A DNA stretch of 63,431 bases, the filler included, from Neoconidiobolus thromboides FSU 785 (Eukaryota > Fungi > Entomophthoromycota): assembly GCA_025603075.1 (NCBI GenBank). It is 9 parts of 9 records of this genome, joined end to end, with 100 filler letters (N's around TTAATTAATTAA, not from the genome) between each part and the next. Parts side by side here need not be neighbours in the genome. Positions count along the whole stretch, not along the records: positions 60,108 to 61,964 come from MU626900.1; positions 62,065 to 63,431 come from MU626972.1; 7 more parts are not named here. The stretch is one strand, 5' to 3'. Below are positions 61,041-63,431 of the stretch, piece after piece. The first letter of the stretch is position 1; the number at the start of each line of letters is the position of its first letter. The translations under genes were made by a program, and so were the position numbers. The notes beneath the pieces are model-generated. The model was given only the letters and a program-made list of their open reading frames with translations, had not been told where the DNA came from and did no database searches.

Positions 61041-61964
61041 TTAATTAGAAGAAACACTTGAAATTAAATCACAACCATAAGTCCTATTATTAGCATCCTT
61101 TGGAATCCAACCTTCTTTTAGCCCAACAAAATAATCCCAATGAGGATTAATATGGTCTTCTGTTTTAAAGTTCCAAAAAAACCAACCTGAACCTTGTTCA
61201 AACGCATCCATTTGTTTTTCTGCAAATTTTAATAAAAATTGTTTATAGTTTTTACTAAAGTTCTTATAATCTTGTGTGCCTTTACAAGTACAATTATCAC
61301 ATACTGGTGTACTAGATGGAAAAGTACCTTCATAGCGAGTACCCAAATTAATTCCGTTTAACCATTTACCACAATCATTAGAAGCTACTGAAAATTCTCC
61401 ACAAATTGTTGGACCAAATGTATTTGCACTTTGTTTAAAATCATTAGCCCATGCAGTACAAGGAAAATTATTAATTTCATCTAAGGGTTTAACAATAAGT
61501 CCAGCATCAAATATAATATAGCTATGAGAATCCATGACAGCGTTAGGGAATAAGCTTTTTGGCATTGTATCTTCCCACGATTTTAAACCAACGAATCCAT
61601 CATGATATGCTAATAATAAATTATTAGTTTTATTATTAATAGATGTTTGAATATCCTTGTATGAGTCTTTATAAAAAGCCAGTGTAGTTTCTTTATCTGT
61701 TAACATAACAGCTGGTTCATTTAATACACCAATCATAGTAACTACATTACTAAATTCTTTTTTGGAAAAGAATTTCACTACATTAGCTACAATTTTTCGA
61801 AATCTTTGTACATTTTGTTTAGAATATGGATTTGTTTTGTTCAAAAACCTTATTTCTCCTGACCTACCCGAATGATTCCATCCATTCTGTGAACCTGGTG
61901 CTGCATGAAAATCAATCATTACTCTTATTCCATATTTTCTACACCATTGAATACCACGTAGTAA
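61041..61964 (-). CDS. GH5 exo-1,3-beta-glucanase, C-terminal part (5' truncated)
   Basis: IDFHAAPGSQNGWNHSG, acid/base LNEP, MDSHSY, nucleophile CGEFS, GWFFWNFKTE, WDY. Confidence 0.92.
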   Translation of the reverse strand, partial: LLRGIQWCRKYGIRVMIDFHAAPGSQNGWNHSGRSGEIRFLNKTNPYSKQNVQRFRKIVANVVKFFSKKEFSNVVTMIGVLNEPAVMLTDKETTLAFYKDSYKDIQTSINNKTNNLLLAYHDGFVGLKSWEDTMPKSLFPNAVMDSHSYIIFDAGLIVKPLDEINNFPCTAWANDFKQSANTFGPTICGEFSVASNDCGKWLNGINLGTRYEGTFPSSTPVCDNCTCKGTQDYKNFSKNYKQFLLKFAEKQMDAFEQGSGWFFWNFKTEDHINPHWDYFVGLKEGWIPKDANNRTYGCDLISSVSSN

Positions 61965-62064
61965 NNNNNNNNNNNNNNNNNNNNNNNNNNNNNNNNNNNN
62001 NNNNNNNNTTAATTAATTAANNNNNNNNNNNNNNNNNNNNNNNNNNNNNNNNNNNNNNNNNNNN

Positions 62065-63431
62065 TTTTTATCTCTAAGTACTTCTAAGTCTAAGCCATTT
62101 AAGACCTTAGTATCTGGTCTGGATGGGTAAGCGAAATGAGCATTTTTACTTGAGATGTTACCATATAGTTGCTTATTTTTATTACCATAAGCATCTGATT
62201 GATTAATCTTAGGTGTACGATCTAAAAGTGCAAAAATATCATTGGCAGCAATTTTGGATTTAACAAAAGAAGTCAGTTCACCAGAAGCGATCCCAAAAGA
62301 ATTTCCCATAAACATAATTGAAGTGACCACTTGAAACATATTATTATAGGTATATTCTTGACTAATAATTAAAGTGGTGCCATACCAAAACAATAGAGCG
62401 TTGATGAAATGAGGAATACACATCGCAAATGAATATCCTATCGCCGATTTAAGATAACCTTCTCTAGAAATTCTATGAGCTTTTTCAACTCTTTCTAAAT
62501 AATCTTCAAAAAATATAGCCTCTCTATTGAGCGAATTTATTGTGCGCTTATTAAGAATAGACTCCATAGCAATTTGTGATACTTTTAAATAAGCGAGCTT
62601 TGTTTTCTCATTGACATCAGATAGTATAGAAACTTGAACAAGTTGTCCATAAACAGTAAGTGGAGCAGTGGCTAATGCAACCAAAGTAAGTTTCCACCCA
62701 CTGGAGAAAGCAATACTCAAACTAGCAATGGCACAAGATAAAACACTAAAAATTGGCCCTAAAAATTTCCCAACCAAACCTTGAACATTTTCAGCCTCAG
62801 TTGATAATTTACCAGTGATAATTCCAACCAAATTCTCGGGAGCATCATAAAAACCAACTTCTTGAGTTAATAAAGAACGGAAGCACCTTCTACGTATTTC
62901 ATAAGTAAGATGCTCTCCTAACGTATTGAAACCAGCATATTTCATAAAACCAGCAATTAAGCAGCCAATAGCTAATATTAGAAACATAAGGGACCAAAAA
63001 TTAATATCATTCTGTCCTTTTTCTATTAACCCTGGAGTAGTTAAATCAAAGAATGATTGCGTTGCGTTAGTTAGAAGAAGCGCATACATAGGGAATGTAA
63101 TACCATCTAACAATGCGCCAATAGCACCAACAAGCCCGAAATACCAATATGGTGATACCATTTTTAAGCATCTCGTCAATGGAATTGAGACCTTTCCTTT
63201 GTTCTTTTTGCTCTCAATTAGTTCCTTTGGAAGGGTCTTGACTCGACTTACCATCTTAAATAAGCCCTCATCTAACTCTTCAATGCCATCAATATCCAAT
63301 AATATTTCCTCTTCACTTGTGTCTTCAATAATTATATCATCGTCTTTGGTTACTTCTTCTTCACCACTTTTTCTAATTTCTTGTTGTTTAACTAAATTAG
63401 CATAAGCACCATTAAGCTCAATTAATTCATT
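62065..63431 (-). CDS. ABCB transporter paralogue: linker, TMD2 and start of NBD2 (truncated at both ends)
   Basis: Collinear with 20451-21823 ([37 protein letters not shown]) but with many substitutions. Confidence 0.93.

Noticed and set aside
12942-63405. Antisense or overlapping ORFs (e.g. 12942-13220, 14375-14698, 14767-15027, 21758-22063, 33061-33444, 34713-35051, 44131-44328, 62926-63405)
   Set aside because: They are shadows of real genes on the other strand or frame and have no motifs of their own.

Overview
Very AT-rich eukaryotic (fungal) DNA with short GT-AG introns. It is not one continuous locus: nine contigs are joined by artificial 100-nt spacers (N44-TTAATTAATTAA-N44), and there is one plain N100 gap. 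The gene content (secreted trypsins, class 3 lipases, GH5 exo-glucanases, several ABCB pumps) and composition suggest an early-diverging insect-associated fungus such as Conidiobolus/Neoconidiobolus; this is inference only. Recognisable genes are RNase H1 and RNase H2 subunit B (tail-to-tail), an ATF/CREB bZIP, tRNA-Ser(UGA), YME2, NUP133, ataxin-10, FEN1, a CRAL-TRIO protein, RRP17, EME1/MMS4, SLD2, EXO84, two alpha/beta hydrolases and three ABCB fragments. The most unusual signals are: (i) a ~105-bp hairpin MITE-like repeat in at least 22 copies, all outside the coding exons I identified; (ii) a 1.24-kb TTAA-flanked element with 29-bp TIRs; (iii) a Tc1/IS630-type transposase lacking the first catalytic Asp and carrying a long Asn-rich/coiled-coil extension; (iv) adjacent RNase H1 and H2B genes; (v) a catalytically dead trypsin paralogue; (vi) an unannotated 44-aa secreted peptide ORF; (vii) ABCB paralogues with identical NBD-side flanks around a diverged transmembrane half. 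All calls were made by eye, and boundaries of multi-exon genes are approximate.
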